Source: a virus | Reading direction: 5' to 3' (one strand) | DNA: 64,000 bases | IMG/VR virus record: IMGVR_UViG_3300048834_000128 | Span: 1 to 64,000 of that record | Shown here: in pieces, positions 39,701 through 52,176 of the stretch | How positions within the stretch are numbered: position 1 is the stretch's first letter | Layout of the letters: every line of letters starts with the position of its first letter | Position numbers and translations under genes: made by a program | The notes under the pieces: generated by a model | Database searches by the model: none | What the model was told of the DNA's origin: nothing | The model's input: the letters and a program-made list of their open reading frames with translations, nothing else

Positions 39701-40132
39701 AAGGATGGTCAGTTGTGGACGGGCAATACCAATGCGATAAGAAATAGTTTCTTCGGGGTGACATATCCTTCAAAAGTGAAGACCGTTTCAAACATGGATT
39801 TCGCCAAGATAAAGGTATTCTTAGCGGTTGCAATCTATTCAAACAAGACATGGTTCAGTCCTAACGACGGAGATATCAACGTACTGCCTTCGGTAACGTA
39901 TCCTCAAGGGATGACATCAAGGTTGCTCGAGTCGAAGTTCAGGTGGAAGGAAGGTGTTTCTTATAGCGAATACATGAGGGATTTGCTGACTCCGAACACT
40001 ACCAACCCAATCATCAACGGAAGGAAACTGAGGGGAGAATGCCTCGTGCAGGAAATCCGCAACGAAGATACCGACGAAGTGATACTCTATTCCGTGATAG
40101 TTCACTCCACTCCGAGCGAAATGTCCAAATAA
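36722..40132 (+). CDS. Tail stabilisation / muzzle protein (P22 gp10-like role)
   Basis: 1136 aa; GGIDSD, LFWTDN...PRQIN, YRYIYLDNEPS, YGCMHPES...YFFD, KEG..Y, GRKLRG motifs. Confidence 0.8.
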   Translation: MSDIKDQRYFWGGIDSDSDFRNVMPEDYISAHNIVSGLSKIGGVTNFKGNTLVPYSLPTGNNTCIGTLRNIKENSIIYWVYNDQGNHSILEYYCDTNSILPILEPDAALGFTTDFLGFTLDHKIHSANIINDLLFWTDNNVSPRQINKKSARAFLNQTPPSADVFPYDNLIATSLVEAYKTQFLETIKYKPESQPLIDLRYDPTRKTNYLREKMVQVRYRYIYLDNEPSRWSDGSYVSLPTGVENINGPDYNMIANNYLRVFVNTGHPNVKEIELAFRFGNTEAWGRLDTPIRKYDNDNQRLLSDFTVVTYDFYNDSVLIIQPDEIDNYDAVPLKSKTQEIVDNNILVYANNEEGYENPDLDASITYYNELTDMGEPELDDFKYVLDTTNYLLIPMNKGELTVGCTLTFFANYFAPVSDFYISYAFQEDDFINWPYNFQESLYQMMVNSLVPPVSPSTVNKVASYNYLGTDYAAITIDNASIDDLTVLTPFKKIPSWKKGAWHPFGIVYKDIQGRDGGVLTGQSLALYNPYLPEIFPLTSLDNQFAYKSQARITINHQPPIWAHTYEIVYATNDLLKYTQFAVKDNPTQDVNGNYNIKCDYIIDYINDVRVDGSLDFQFETGDKLRFIANTDNYCSMYVEAKVLAFDTSTNVLTVSAYSSSQITAGMGTPTQEGTLVELFQNKTLATQEDRPYFAIGETYSVLNAGTATRAHQGNLVNQNTTLGIPAQLSLNRGDCYIYRRYFDDNTLETMVESENFSDVYASRNIDISSLYVVIPNNRTRRYEQGLRHSGRYFPNTNVNNICRFGGSDTDTLNTMYGPINRIMAIGYTLKCLQTKKNTSIYIDRNMIFNADGTYQLATTDKVFGNKNPSELDYGCMHPESVVADDRQMYFFDVNTGSFIQDSANGMIPISDYKARTFFRDISNLIKNNPDIYVYSGVDNANDYINVTFIDTGLVPAIEDTTIVYQPSSNRWKTFTDYLPEYYGSNALVIAMFKDGQLWTGNTNAIRNSFFGVTYPSKVKTVSNMDFAKIKVFLAVAIYSNKTWFSPNDGDINVLPSVTYPQGMTSRLLESKFRWKEGVSYSEYMRDLLTPNTTNPIINGRKLRGECLVQEIRNEDTDEVILYSVIVHSTPSEMSK

Positions 40133-40160
40133 CAACAAACATATTAATTTCTTACATTTG
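40131..40160 (+). promoter_or_regulatory. Late promoter AACAAC-N16-TACATTTG (cargo proteins)
   Basis: Consensus match. Confidence 0.75.
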
Positions 40161-40186
40161 TACTCTATAAAGCAATCTGAGGACAA

Positions 40187-41038
40187 ATGATACCAATATT
40201 AGAAACTCTTACCACCGTGCTACCCCAAGTCAAGTACGGAATTGCTCCACTTGCAATAATGGCCGCAGCACAAGCCATACCTTTCGTAATCAATACCGCC
40301 AAAGGAATTTCTCAAGGATATAAGGCGAAACAACTTGCCAAAACTCCAAGGCCCGAGTATCAGATCCCGGACGCTTTAATAAAGTCCGTGAACAACGCCA
40401 AGTACATTTCCTCAATGAGGGAATTGCCAGGACAGAACCTTATGGAAGGAAGAATTGGGCAGAATTTGTCAAGAGGTATTCAGGACTTGAAGGATGTCAG
40501 CTCATCTCCGGCAGAACTTGCTGCGAACGTATCGAGAATGTACTCGGGTTCAAACAATGCTATAAATGATATCGGAATGGCTGCAGGACAGAATTGGCTA
40601 AACAATCAGGCGGGATTCCGTCAGGCATTGGGTCAGTTGGCAGGTGCGCAGGACAGGCAGTGGCAGATAAACAAGTTCGACCCTTATGCTAATGACATGG
40701 CTGCAAGTGCGGCACTAAGAGAGGGTGCGTTCAGAAATATATCGGCAGCAGGACAGAATATCGCAAGCGGAATTAGTGGGTATGGAAACATGAAATTCAT
40801 GGAGAATCTTTATGGTGGCGGCGACAATTCAATCGGAAGCGGAACGTCTGCAAAGACATTCGACACGGGCAATTCGGGCAATGCCCCTAATATATCATTG
40901 GGAGAAGCCATCGGAAGTGCCAACAATATGAATGGGCCGAATCCGAACGGAGGTCTTGACATAAACGCAATGATGCAGTATATTCAGAACAGAAACAATA
41001 CCATGAGTCCTCAATATCAGAAACCATTACCAAGATAA
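40187..41038 (+). CDS. Ejection / internal virion protein
   Basis: A/G/N/Q-rich, RPEYQIP motif, follows muzzle gene. Confidence 0.65.
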   Translation: MIPILETLTTVLPQVKYGIAPLAIMAAAQAIPFVINTAKGISQGYKAKQLAKTPRPEYQIPDALIKSVNNAKYISSMRELPGQNLMEGRIGQNLSRGIQDLKDVSSSPAELAANVSRMYSGSNNAINDIGMAAGQNWLNNQAGFRQALGQLAGAQDRQWQINKFDPYANDMAASAALREGAFRNISAAGQNIASGISGYGNMKFMENLYGGGDNSIGSGTSAKTFDTGNSGNAPNISLGEAIGSANNMNGPNPNGGLDINAMMQYIQNRNNTMSPQYQKPLPR

Positions 41039-41041
41039 GAA

Positions 41042-42529
41042 ATGGATGGATTAGGATTAGTATATGAGAAACAGGGTAATACTGGTGCGGCTGCATACAA
41101 TCAGCCCGTATTTCAGATAGGCAATAATCCGCTCGATATGCTTGCTGCCGAAATAGGTCAGCAGGGCAGAATAGAGCAGATAAATCAGATGCGTCAGCAG
41201 AAGGAACTCGAAAGGGGCAATCAGCAGGCGTTGAAATTCGATGCTTCGGGTTGGGATATCGACAACAAGGCTTTCTTTACTCAGGCGACAAAAGACTTAA
41301 TGGCAGAGGGTGCATATCTTCAATCTCAGGGATACAATCTTAATGATTGGAGCAATCCCGAAGTCAGAAAATGGAATGAGAATAAGATAGGAACTATCCA
41401 TGCGGCACAGGCGTCTAAAGGTCAGGAGAAGGAGATAAAGGCATATTTGGATAATGTCACCTTGAATCCCGACAAGTTCGATGTAGATGCCACCATGAAG
41501 AATTTCAGGGCATATCAGGCGATGACTCCTATACAGAGGATGCAGTTGAACCCCGCCGACATAGTTGTACCTATGGAGAAACCTTTGGATATCTATACTC
41601 CATTGGAAGAAATAAAGATTGACGACTTCGTTGACGTATCGGATAGCGAGAATCCTGAAACACGCTTTAAGACCAATAAGTTAAGGGATAAGGATTTGAA
41701 GACAGCTATTGCAGCACAGATAAAGAACCCTATCTATCAGGACATCATTAAGAAAGGTGTTGAGAAAGGTCTGTTTAAGGATGAAGCGGAATACGCACAG
41801 ATGCTATTCGATAAGAAGAAATTGGAGTTCTCCAAAAACACTACCTACGAGAAGAAATCCCCACCATCAAACAATGAATGGTCACTCGACTATATCAATT
41901 CAAGAAGTTCGGATGACCTTATGGGGGAGATAGGATATGGGGCGACAACAATTAAACTATATAAAGGAGGAACACACAACTATGCGTACACAACTGATGT
42001 CGGAAATATCAATGCCGTAATAGGTAAAAGGGGTGCTATTGACGCTTCCGATGGCAAATATTTAAACGAAACGGGCACACTCAACTTACAGAGCGGTAAA
42101 CTTGTTTTGGCTCCCGTAGATGCTGTCACAGGTATTCCGATACATACCAAAAACCCCGAGAACGAACGCAAACTTCTTAAAGAGGGTAAGATAATCTTCA
42201 AGCCTATGATTATAGGCAAGGCATCCGAAGGCACGGGAGATACCAAAAAGGAAATTGACATTTGGGTTCCTGCCGAATCTACATTACAGACTACGGGAGA
42301 AAGCAAGACCATGACTGCCGCTCAGAAAGCATACATCGCATATCAGAAGAAAGCCAACGACCTCAATTCAGTAAGGGAGAAGAAAACCACAGGCACTCAG
42401 AATACACAACCTAAGAAGACAGCAACAAGAGCACAAGTCAAGTCGCTTGTCGGAACAAAAGGATATGAAGGATACACCGAACAGGAACTTATCGAGTATT
42501 ACAAGAGACAAGGGTATGAAATAAAATAA
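41042..42529 (+). CDS. Ejection / internal virion protein
   Basis: Position between small and giant cargo genes. Confidence 0.6.
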   Translation: MDGLGLVYEKQGNTGAAAYNQPVFQIGNNPLDMLAAEIGQQGRIEQINQMRQQKELERGNQQALKFDASGWDIDNKAFFTQATKDLMAEGAYLQSQGYNLNDWSNPEVRKWNENKIGTIHAAQASKGQEKEIKAYLDNVTLNPDKFDVDATMKNFRAYQAMTPIQRMQLNPADIVVPMEKPLDIYTPLEEIKIDDFVDVSDSENPETRFKTNKLRDKDLKTAIAAQIKNPIYQDIIKKGVEKGLFKDEAEYAQMLFDKKKLEFSKNTTYEKKSPPSNNEWSLDYINSRSSDDLMGEIGYGATTIKLYKGGTHNYAYTTDVGNINAVIGKRGAIDASDGKYLNETGTLNLQSGKLVLAPVDAVTGIPIHTKNPENERKLLKEGKIIFKPMIIGKASEGTGDTKKEIDIWVPAESTLQTTGESKTMTAAQKAYIAYQKKANDLNSVREKKTTGTQNTQPKKTATRAQVKSLVGTKGYEGYTEQELIEYYKRQGYEIK

Positions 42530-43011
42530 TGAAAGAGATAAAACTAAAGACCGGAGGTGTTGCATTCGTTGATGACGAAGATTTTGATTTATTAAATCAG
42601 TATGTCTGGTATGGTATAAAGACACAAGCGAATATTTATGCCGTCAGAGCTTTATACGACAAGACTACAAACACAGTAAGGCATGTACGAATGCACCGAG
42701 AAGTAATTGGCGCTGTTGGTAGATGGAATTTAGTAGACCATATTAATCACAACAAATTAGACAACAGAAAAGAGAATTTAAGAATTGTTACGCAGCAACA
42801 AAATCTTTGCAATCAAAGAAAGAAAAATGGGTGCAAATTTCCGTACAAAGGAGTAAAAGCAACCAAATCCGGCAAGTACTCATCTATGATTACGCACAAA
42901 GGTAAGGGGATGGACTTAGGGACATTTGCAACAATTGAAGAAGCGGCGATTGCCTATAATAATGCTGCCATTAAGATACATGGCGAATATGCACATTTAA
43001 ATAAAATATAA
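42529..43011 (+). CDS. HNH-AP2 homing endonuclease
   Basis: VDDEDF...MHREVI...VDHINHNKLDNRKENLR...YKGV...LGTFATIEEAAIAYNNAA. Confidence 0.92.
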   Translation: MKEIKLKTGGVAFVDDEDFDLLNQYVWYGIKTQANIYAVRALYDKTTNTVRHVRMHREVIGAVGRWNLVDHINHNKLDNRKENLRIVTQQQNLCNQRKKNGCKFPYKGVKATKSGKYSSMITHKGKGMDLGTFATIEEAAIAYNNAAIKIHGEYAHLNKI

Positions 43012-46000
43012 TGCCAGAAGAATTACTCCCTCCACCACCACCTAAGAAAAGTCAGACAACTGATGTAGATAATAGTGGATTGTTACCTCCCCCGCCGAAA
43101 AAAAAAAGTGGCATAGATACTTCCGAGTCTTTAAATACACCATCGGCATTTCCATCTACAAATAATCTACCATTTGGAGGGACTCTCCCGACATTTCAAA
43201 AGCCTATGGACAAGTATTCTGATCCATACGGAGGAGAAGATGCGCCACCTAAGAAAGTTCCTGAGAAACCTAAAAGCACAGGAGGGTTTGTCAAACCATT
43301 ACCTCCTACAAAAGACCCGAGACAGATTACTCAGGAAACCGAAATGTCAGATAACACCAAGGTCAAGCCGACCAAGGTAGATACGATACAATTTACAGAA
43401 TATGAAGCGGTAAAAGGCGATGACGGCATAATGGTCATTAAACCTAAACCCGTAGTACCTGCCGCTACCGAACCTTCATTGCCGCCCGAACAGGAAGCCT
43501 ATCAGGGAACGGGAGAACCACCTTCATATCTTGCAGGTATAGGTCAGGGTGCAGTAAGTGGGGTAGGTCAGATGGTCAAGGGATTGGCAGGTCTGTTAGC
43601 GACTCAGAAGGTAATGACATTGCCTAACGGAGAAACCGTCACATATTCAGATAAGAAACTTTCAGACTACGCACTATACAAGGTAGGGCAGACGATAGAA
43701 GACTTCGCAAAGGAGTATTTCCCGACAACAGAAGGTCAGAATGAGGAATTGTTAGGCAAACTTGCATCAGGTGCAGGAAGTATGATACCATTCATATTCG
43801 GAAGTGTTTTAGGAGGTGCATTTAAGATAAACGCCTATGTGACTCCTACATTGATGGGTTCGTTACAGAACGGGGCATCTGAATATGAGTCTGCCATAGC
43901 AAACGGAGTTGACGAAGATACTGCATTGAAGGCTTTTTGGAGTGGTGCCGCCATTGGTTCACTCGAAGGATTGCCAATAGGTCAGTGGGCTAAACGTCTT
44001 AATGGAAAGACAGGTGGACTTCTCGATGAAGCCATGAAGAAACGTATGAGAAATAAACTCGGAACTCCCGAAGCGGTTCTCGGTGCATTGGAAGAAGCAG
44101 GACAGGAAGCGTCAACCCAATTCCTTAATAACGTAAGTGCCATGAATATCTATGATGAAACACGAGGTCTTTGGGACGGAGTGGCTGAGTCAGGTATGCT
44201 CGGAGGTATATTGGGTGGAACTTTAAACGGAATAACATCGGTTCTTACTTCTAAATTAGAAGATCCGAATTTGACACCTGCCGAAAAGGTTCAGGTTCAG
44301 AAGTCATTGGATTATATGAATCAACAGGCTAAGAAACTCGAAGGAGTCGCTGCCGATGATTTGGTAAAGTTAAATGACGATAGCGATTCGGTAAAGGAAT
44401 TGAAGGTTCAGAAACAGGAACTTGAAATGGATATGGCGTCACCGGAAATAACTCCCGACGTCAAGGAACAGATATCCGCCAAGATAGAAGAAACGGATGC
44501 TCAGATAGCACAGGTCAAGCAGGAAGAATTACAGGCTGAATCAGCGATGGTTCAGACGGAAGGCGCCATTGCGGACTTGGAAGCGGAGAAAGCGGAGATT
44601 GAGAGTCAGATGTCAACGGCGACAACTGCCACTCAGGAGATATTGCAACCTCAGTTGGATGCGATAGTGTCTGACCTCGAATCATTAAGGGAGATAGTCC
44701 CGCAACAGGAGGTTACGGAACAGACGCAGACACCTGTAGGGGAAGCCAATATCCATGACTATATAAGCAGTCTTTCTCAAGACAACTATCTATTCTCTCA
44801 CGTCACTACCGAAGGTAACGCAAGAAGTATAACCGAAGGGGGCATGAGCATATCTCCTGGCACAGGTATTTCAAGTACACTTTCTCAACTAGGAGCATCA
44901 AGTGTGAATGGGCAGATTACAAGACTGATGAATGGAGAGGTAGTACATAGGGATACGAACAACAATTCATTGGCCATTATATCTGTACCGAAAGCGGAGA
45001 TTGATGCGATGTCGGGGAAGGATGTAGCGGAGAAATTCGAGAATTGGTTGGCGGAGAACGGCCATATAAACAAGGAAGGTAAATATGCAATTCCGCAGGA
45101 ATTTAACGCAGGATATTTAAGTGGAGATTCCTTCATAACAAACAAAGCAGCCCAAAACCAACAGAATAATGTCAAAGAAGAAACCAACGACCAAGGGCGG
45201 ACGGAAGTGCTGACAGGTCAACAGGAAGACATGGGAGTGGCGGAAAGTGCTACTCCCGTTGTTGAAGATGTTTCCCTTACAGATGAGGTGAACAATGTTG
45301 AAGGTGTTGCAGGACAAGGTGTTGAAGTGTCTGAAAAACCATACACCATGGATTACCCTGAATGGAAAGAGCAGGCGAGCAAAGGAAAGATGCACCGTGC
45401 AACAGGCATAACAACCGAAGAAGAGCGATCACTTGAATCTCCTATCGAAATCGGGGAGTATAATGGCTATTCCCCGCAAGATATCGCTCATTTTTATGAT
45501 CGTCGTAGAGGCGGTGATATTGCAGGATATAGAGAGTATATAGTTGACGCTATTTATGCGGGCAAAGATGTGCCAGACAAGATAATAGAAACTGTTTTTT
45601 CTGATAAGGCGATGGGTAAAATGAAAAAACTGAGAGACAAGAATGTAAAGAATAAACCAAAAATAACCAATGAAACGAACACCACTGACGGAAAGAAAAC
45701 TGCCGAAAAGCGTAATGCAAAAGGCGTACAAGAATCTGTACAACAGACTCCTGCTAAGAAAAAAATCAGACGCAAAGGAACCCCTATCCACCAAAGAAAA
45801 ATAAAGGGCAAGAGATTACAGGCTGTAAATATCGAACCTCATACTTTGAGAGAGGAGATAATGCAGCGTATAATCGGTGGTGCACGGGTCATTCGTGAGG
45901 ATATCGTCAAGATGCTCGGTAGTGAAACCGAAGCGAAGATAAAGATGAACCTTACCGCCAAGAAAGAGAACGGAGGTAAGACAATCGACCGACTTGCCGA

Positions 46001-49000
46001 AGAAATCACCGCAGAACAATACAATCGTGATGCCGACGGAAACGGAAGGTATTCCGAAGATGAGGTCAAGGCGGAACTGATGGAAGTCCTCAGAATGTAT
46101 GACCATTATTCTGCAATGGCGGATGAGATAGTCGATTCAAGGGAACGCAGTGCCGAAATGGAAGCGGAAATGCTTACCATGGATGCCGAAGAAGAACTTA
46201 TCGCTGCATTGGGCAAGAATCCCGACATGGAGGCTGCCGATGCCGCATTGGATATCATGGAGATGTTCTCAGACGAGGAACTGACTCGGATGGCGGAAGA
46301 AAAGGACATGGCATTCTCCCCTGAGATTGAGGAAGAAATATCTGACATTGAATCGGATTGGACTCCATGGGATGATGTGCCCGAAACCCCCTCAACAACC
46401 GACAAATTAATCGACGCACTCGAAAAGGCAAAGATTGATACCAAGAACACCCTTAACGCATTCGGACTACTGCCTACCACCTATAACGCTGCAATTGATA
46501 TCGTCATAGCGGCAATCAAGGCAGGAAAGGCTATCTCGGTTGCAATCAAGGAAGCACTCGACTATATCAGGTCTACCAACCCCGAAAACTTCGATGAGAA
46601 AGGATTCACCGATAAGATTCAAAGCGTGTTTGATAAGAACACCAAACCAAAGGAAGAAGTAAAGCCCGAACCTAAGCAAGAGAAGGAAGAAAAACCTAAG
46701 ACACGTGAGAAATCATTGTTCAAGAGGGCATTTGAAGGAACTACCAACTCAAGGATGAAGCAACTCATTTCCGAACATGGGCTTGATTACGAGATAGAAT
46801 CGCACGATAGGGCACAAAAGGCCGCTAAAGACTTTGTTAATGAAGTCGGACCTGACGCTGCATTGGATGCCGTAAGAAAGAACATGATTGAAGATGGTGC
46901 TGCAGCATTCGTTTGGGCGGAAATCATTGATAAGGTTGAGGTCGAACTTCAATCCGCTACCGACCCTGACGAAATATCAAGATTGCAGGAGTATCAACGT
47001 GATTTGCTCAGTGAGTTCGATAGAAAGGCTCGTTCGGGAGGTAGATTCATAAGTGCATTGCAAAGGATTTACAGGGATTCGCTATTCAATTACAAGGCGG
47101 ATACTCAGATTCAGAGGTATAAGGATATGAACAACGGAGTCATTCCTGCCGAAATAGAACAGAAGTTCAAAGACCTTGAAACTAAACTTAAAGAGGTCAA
47201 TGAGAAACTCAAGGAAACCGAAGCGAAACTCGAAGAGGAACGTGAGAAACAGGCTATTGCCGACATAAAGGAAAGTGTTGAACGTGAAGCCAAGACCAAA
47301 CCATCGGTAAAGAAGGCTGCAAAGCGTATCGCAGACAAGATAAGGGAGGGTAAGACCAACCGCCCCGACATATTCATGTCAAGCAGTCCTGCCGCTATCG
47401 TATGGAACGGGGCATTGGAAGTTGCCGCCAAGGCGGTAGAAGCGGGAGGCAGTATTGCCGAAGCCTTGCAGAAAGGACTCGAACATATCAGAAACTCCGA
47501 TTGGTATAAGAACCTTTCAGACGATACCAAGAAGTCGGCAGAGAAGGGGTTCAGAGACCATATCAACGAAACCAATCCTAAGAACACCCAAGTTGAAGTC
47601 GTAGGAGATAAGATTAGAATACCGCACGAACTTATCAGACAGAAAGTTGCCGATGGTATCACCGATCCGAACCAGCTCGCACAATCAGTATTAGACGAAA
47701 TAAAGTCGGAATATCCCGATTTGACCATTCGTCAGGTTCGTGACGCCATATCAAAGTATGGAAGACAGGTAAATATGTCCAAAGAGGATATTGAAGTCAA
47801 GATACGGAAGATAAAGCGTCTGCAAAAAGCCATTTCGCAATTGGAGGATATCGCACAAGGCAAGAGACCATTGAGAAGCGGACTCCAAAGAGACCCGCTT
47901 GATGCCGAAGAACGTGCCATTCAGAAAGAGGTCAAGGAACGGATGAAGGAACTCCCTGCCGATGAAGAAACCGCAGCAAGAGAACTCAAGACCGCACTCG
48001 ATGCAGTCAAGTCAAGGCTTAAGAACGCAATCGAAGATATCCAAAGGGAGATTGATACACGTGCCAAATCACCGAAGAAAGGAACGATAGAATACGACCA
48101 GGAAGCCAAAGACCTTGCTGCCGAACGTGACAGATTGAAAGCATTGAGGGATGAGATTCTCGGACCTAAGACTCTAACCGAAGAACAGATGATTGACCGT
48201 GCTATCAAGGGACTTGACAGAAGTATCCGAGAAATGCAGCGTCAGATAGCGGAAGAAGATGTCGCCCCTAAGAGCAAGACTCAGGTAACTTCTCCCGAGA
48301 TAGAGGAAAGACGTGCAAGGAAACGATTGCTTGCCGCTCAACTAAAGACCATGAGAGAGGAATTGGGTATCACTCAAGCCCGACAACTTGCCAACGCCAA
48401 GAAACGTGCTCAAGCACAGATTGACGAACTGCAAAGAAGATTGGACGATAGGGATTTCAGCAAGAAGACCAAGAAACAATCGCCTACCGACCAAGAACTT
48501 AATGATTTGAGGGCGGAGAAAGTGCGTATCCAACAGGAGTATGATAAGGAGCAATATAAGAATGAACTGAAGAATAGGGCGCTATGGCAAAAAATCATAG
48601 ATGGTTTAATTGAAATTATAAACCTGCCGAGGGCTGCAAGGGCAACTGCAGAATTTTCTCCCGTATTGATTCAGGGAGGTATTCAGACAGTCAGTCAACT
48701 CGTCAGAAATCCTATGTCTGTAATGAGAGCATTTAAACGATTGGGGTTAAACTTCGTTTCAGAAAGTAAAGCAGAAAGATGGATGGATAGATTGGTGGCA
48801 AGTTCGGAGTACCCCGTAATGGAACAGGCAGGTCTTTCAATAACTAAGACCGATGCAAAGATGACCGCAAGGGAGGAACTATATTTGAGTGGGCTTCTTA
48901 CTCACATGTGGAACGCAATGGGATTGCCATTGAAGGCATTGGGTAAAAAACCTTATGAGATATGGAAGGCGGCCAATCTACCCGCCGCATTTGAACGTGC

Positions 49001-49913
49001 AGGAACGGGTTATCTTAACGTGCTAAGGGTTGAAAGATTTTTGCAGGGAATGAGGATGCTCGAAATGCAGGGTAAGAATCCACAGGACAATCCGCAGGAC
49101 TACAAAGCTTTGGCAAAAGTAATAAACACATTGACAGGTCGTACCTCTTTAGGTAGGGCAGAGATGATGTCGAAGGTATTGTCAATAGCATTGTTCTCCC
49201 CTCGAAACTATGCTTCGGTAGTTAAGCAGACATTATTATTACCACTCCTTGCAGAAGGCAGAAACAAGGACGGCACAATGAAGCCATCGGTTGCTCAGAA
49301 GATTGCAATGACCGACTTCATTACCTACATGGGCATTATGACATCAATCATAGCAATGGTTAAATTCGCATACGAAGACGATGATGACCCCGACGCACCG
49401 AAAGTAAACACCGACCCGAGAAGCAGTCAGTTCATGACCATAAGGACAGGAAACACGGTAGTAGACCCTTGGCATGGTATGAAGCAGTACGTGGTATTGG
49501 CATCAAGACTCATCTCAGGTTCAACGGTAACAGGCAAAGGCGAAGTCAAGGAACTCGGCTCAGGTCCATACGTTCCTACAGAGGGTAAACTGCTATACAA
49601 CACCTTATTCAAGTACAAACTATCTCCTACCGCTTCAATGGTGGAGAAATACCTTTCCGCCCCACGGAAGAAAGACGAGAAAGGTGAATATGTCAAGGTT
49701 GACGAGTTTTCTAAGGAACCTATAAATGTCCTCGATATGACCACATCAAACCTCTATCCTATCTATTGGGAAACCCTAATGGAAGTAAACAAGGACAGAC
49801 CTGCCGACGTTGCATTATTCCTTAATGCACTCGCCTTCTGGGGTATCGGTACTCAGACATACGAACAACAGGTTAAGAAGAAAAAAACTACCGAATACAA
49901 GAAAGTGGACTAA
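43011..49913 (+). CDS. Giant (2300 aa) polyvalent internal virion protein
   Basis: G/A-rich membrane-interacting region, coiled coils, ART-like insert (~44745-45135), C-terminal helical region. Confidence 0.7.
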   Translation: MPEELLPPPPPKKSQTTDVDNSGLLPPPPKKKSGIDTSESLNTPSAFPSTNNLPFGGTLPTFQKPMDKYSDPYGGEDAPPKKVPEKPKSTGGFVKPLPPTKDPRQITQETEMSDNTKVKPTKVDTIQFTEYEAVKGDDGIMVIKPKPVVPAATEPSLPPEQEAYQGTGEPPSYLAGIGQGAVSGVGQMVKGLAGLLATQKVMTLPNGETVTYSDKKLSDYALYKVGQTIEDFAKEYFPTTEGQNEELLGKLASGAGSMIPFIFGSVLGGAFKINAYVTPTLMGSLQNGASEYESAIANGVDEDTALKAFWSGAAIGSLEGLPIGQWAKRLNGKTGGLLDEAMKKRMRNKLGTPEAVLGALEEAGQEASTQFLNNVSAMNIYDETRGLWDGVAESGMLGGILGGTLNGITSVLTSKLEDPNLTPAEKVQVQKSLDYMNQQAKKLEGVAADDLVKLNDDSDSVKELKVQKQELEMDMASPEITPDVKEQISAKIEETDAQIAQVKQEELQAESAMVQTEGAIADLEAEKAEIESQMSTATTATQEILQPQLDAIVSDLESLREIVPQQEVTEQTQTPVGEANIHDYISSLSQDNYLFSHVTTEGNARSITEGGMSISPGTGISSTLSQLGASSVNGQITRLMNGEVVHRDTNNNSLAIISVPKAEIDAMSGKDVAEKFENWLAENGHINKEGKYAIPQEFNAGYLSGDSFITNKAAQNQQNNVKEETNDQGRTEVLTGQQEDMGVAESATPVVEDVSLTDEVNNVEGVAGQGVEVSEKPYTMDYPEWKEQASKGKMHRATGITTEEERSLESPIEIGEYNGYSPQDIAHFYDRRRGGDIAGYREYIVDAIYAGKDVPDKIIETVFSDKAMGKMKKLRDKNVKNKPKITNETNTTDGKKTAEKRNAKGVQESVQQTPAKKKIRRKGTPIHQRKIKGKRLQAVNIEPHTLREEIMQRIIGGARVIREDIVKMLGSETEAKIKMNLTAKKENGGKTIDRLAEEITAEQYNRDADGNGRYSEDEVKAELMEVLRMYDHYSAMADEIVDSRERSAEMEAEMLTMDAEEELIAALGKNPDMEAADAALDIMEMFSDEELTRMAEEKDMAFSPEIEEEISDIESDWTPWDDVPETPSTTDKLIDALEKAKIDTKNTLNAFGLLPTTYNAAIDIVIAAIKAGKAISVAIKEALDYIRSTNPENFDEKGFTDKIQSVFDKNTKPKEEVKPEPKQEKEEKPKTREKSLFKRAFEGTTNSRMKQLISEHGLDYEIESHDRAQKAAKDFVNEVGPDAALDAVRKNMIEDGAAAFVWAEIIDKVEVELQSATDPDEISRLQEYQRDLLSEFDRKARSGGRFISALQRIYRDSLFNYKADTQIQRYKDMNNGVIPAEIEQKFKDLETKLKEVNEKLKETEAKLEEEREKQAIADIKESVEREAKTKPSVKKAAKRIADKIREGKTNRPDIFMSSSPAAIVWNGALEVAAKAVEAGGSIAEALQKGLEHIRNSDWYKNLSDDTKKSAEKGFRDHINETNPKNTQVEVVGDKIRIPHELIRQKVADGITDPNQLAQSVLDEIKSEYPDLTIRQVRDAISKYGRQVNMSKEDIEVKIRKIKRLQKAISQLEDIAQGKRPLRSGLQRDPLDAEERAIQKEVKERMKELPADEETAARELKTALDAVKSRLKNAIEDIQREIDTRAKSPKKGTIEYDQEAKDLAAERDRLKALRDEILGPKTLTEEQMIDRAIKGLDRSIREMQRQIAEEDVAPKSKTQVTSPEIEERRARKRLLAAQLKTMREELGITQARQLANAKKRAQAQIDELQRRLDDRDFSKKTKKQSPTDQELNDLRAEKVRIQQEYDKEQYKNELKNRALWQKIIDGLIEIINLPRAARATAEFSPVLIQGGIQTVSQLVRNPMSVMRAFKRLGLNFVSESKAERWMDRLVASSEYPVMEQAGLSITKTDAKMTAREELYLSGLLTHMWNAMGLPLKALGKKPYEIWKAANLPAAFERAGTGYLNVLRVERFLQGMRMLEMQGKNPQDNPQDYKALAKVINTLTGRTSLGRAEMMSKVLSIALFSPRNYASVVKQTLLLPLLAEGRNKDGTMKPSVAQKIAMTDFITYMGIMTSIIAMVKFAYEDDDDPDAPKVNTDPRSSQFMTIRTGNTVVDPWHGMKQYVVLASRLISGSTVTGKGEVKELGSGPYVPTEGKLLYNTLFKYKLSPTASMVEKYLSAPRKKDEKGEYVKVDEFSKEPINVLDMTTSNLYPIYWETLMEVNKDRPADVALFLNALAFWGIGTQTYEQQVKKKKTTEYKKVD

Positions 49914-49942
49914 AAACAACAGACGACAAACAAACAAAATAA

Positions 49943-52174
<2,232 letters not shown>

Positions 52175-52176
52175 TT

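Noticed and set aside
43098-43107. A10 run as a programmed frameshift
   Set aside because: The ORF is already continuous through it and no alternative product is evident.
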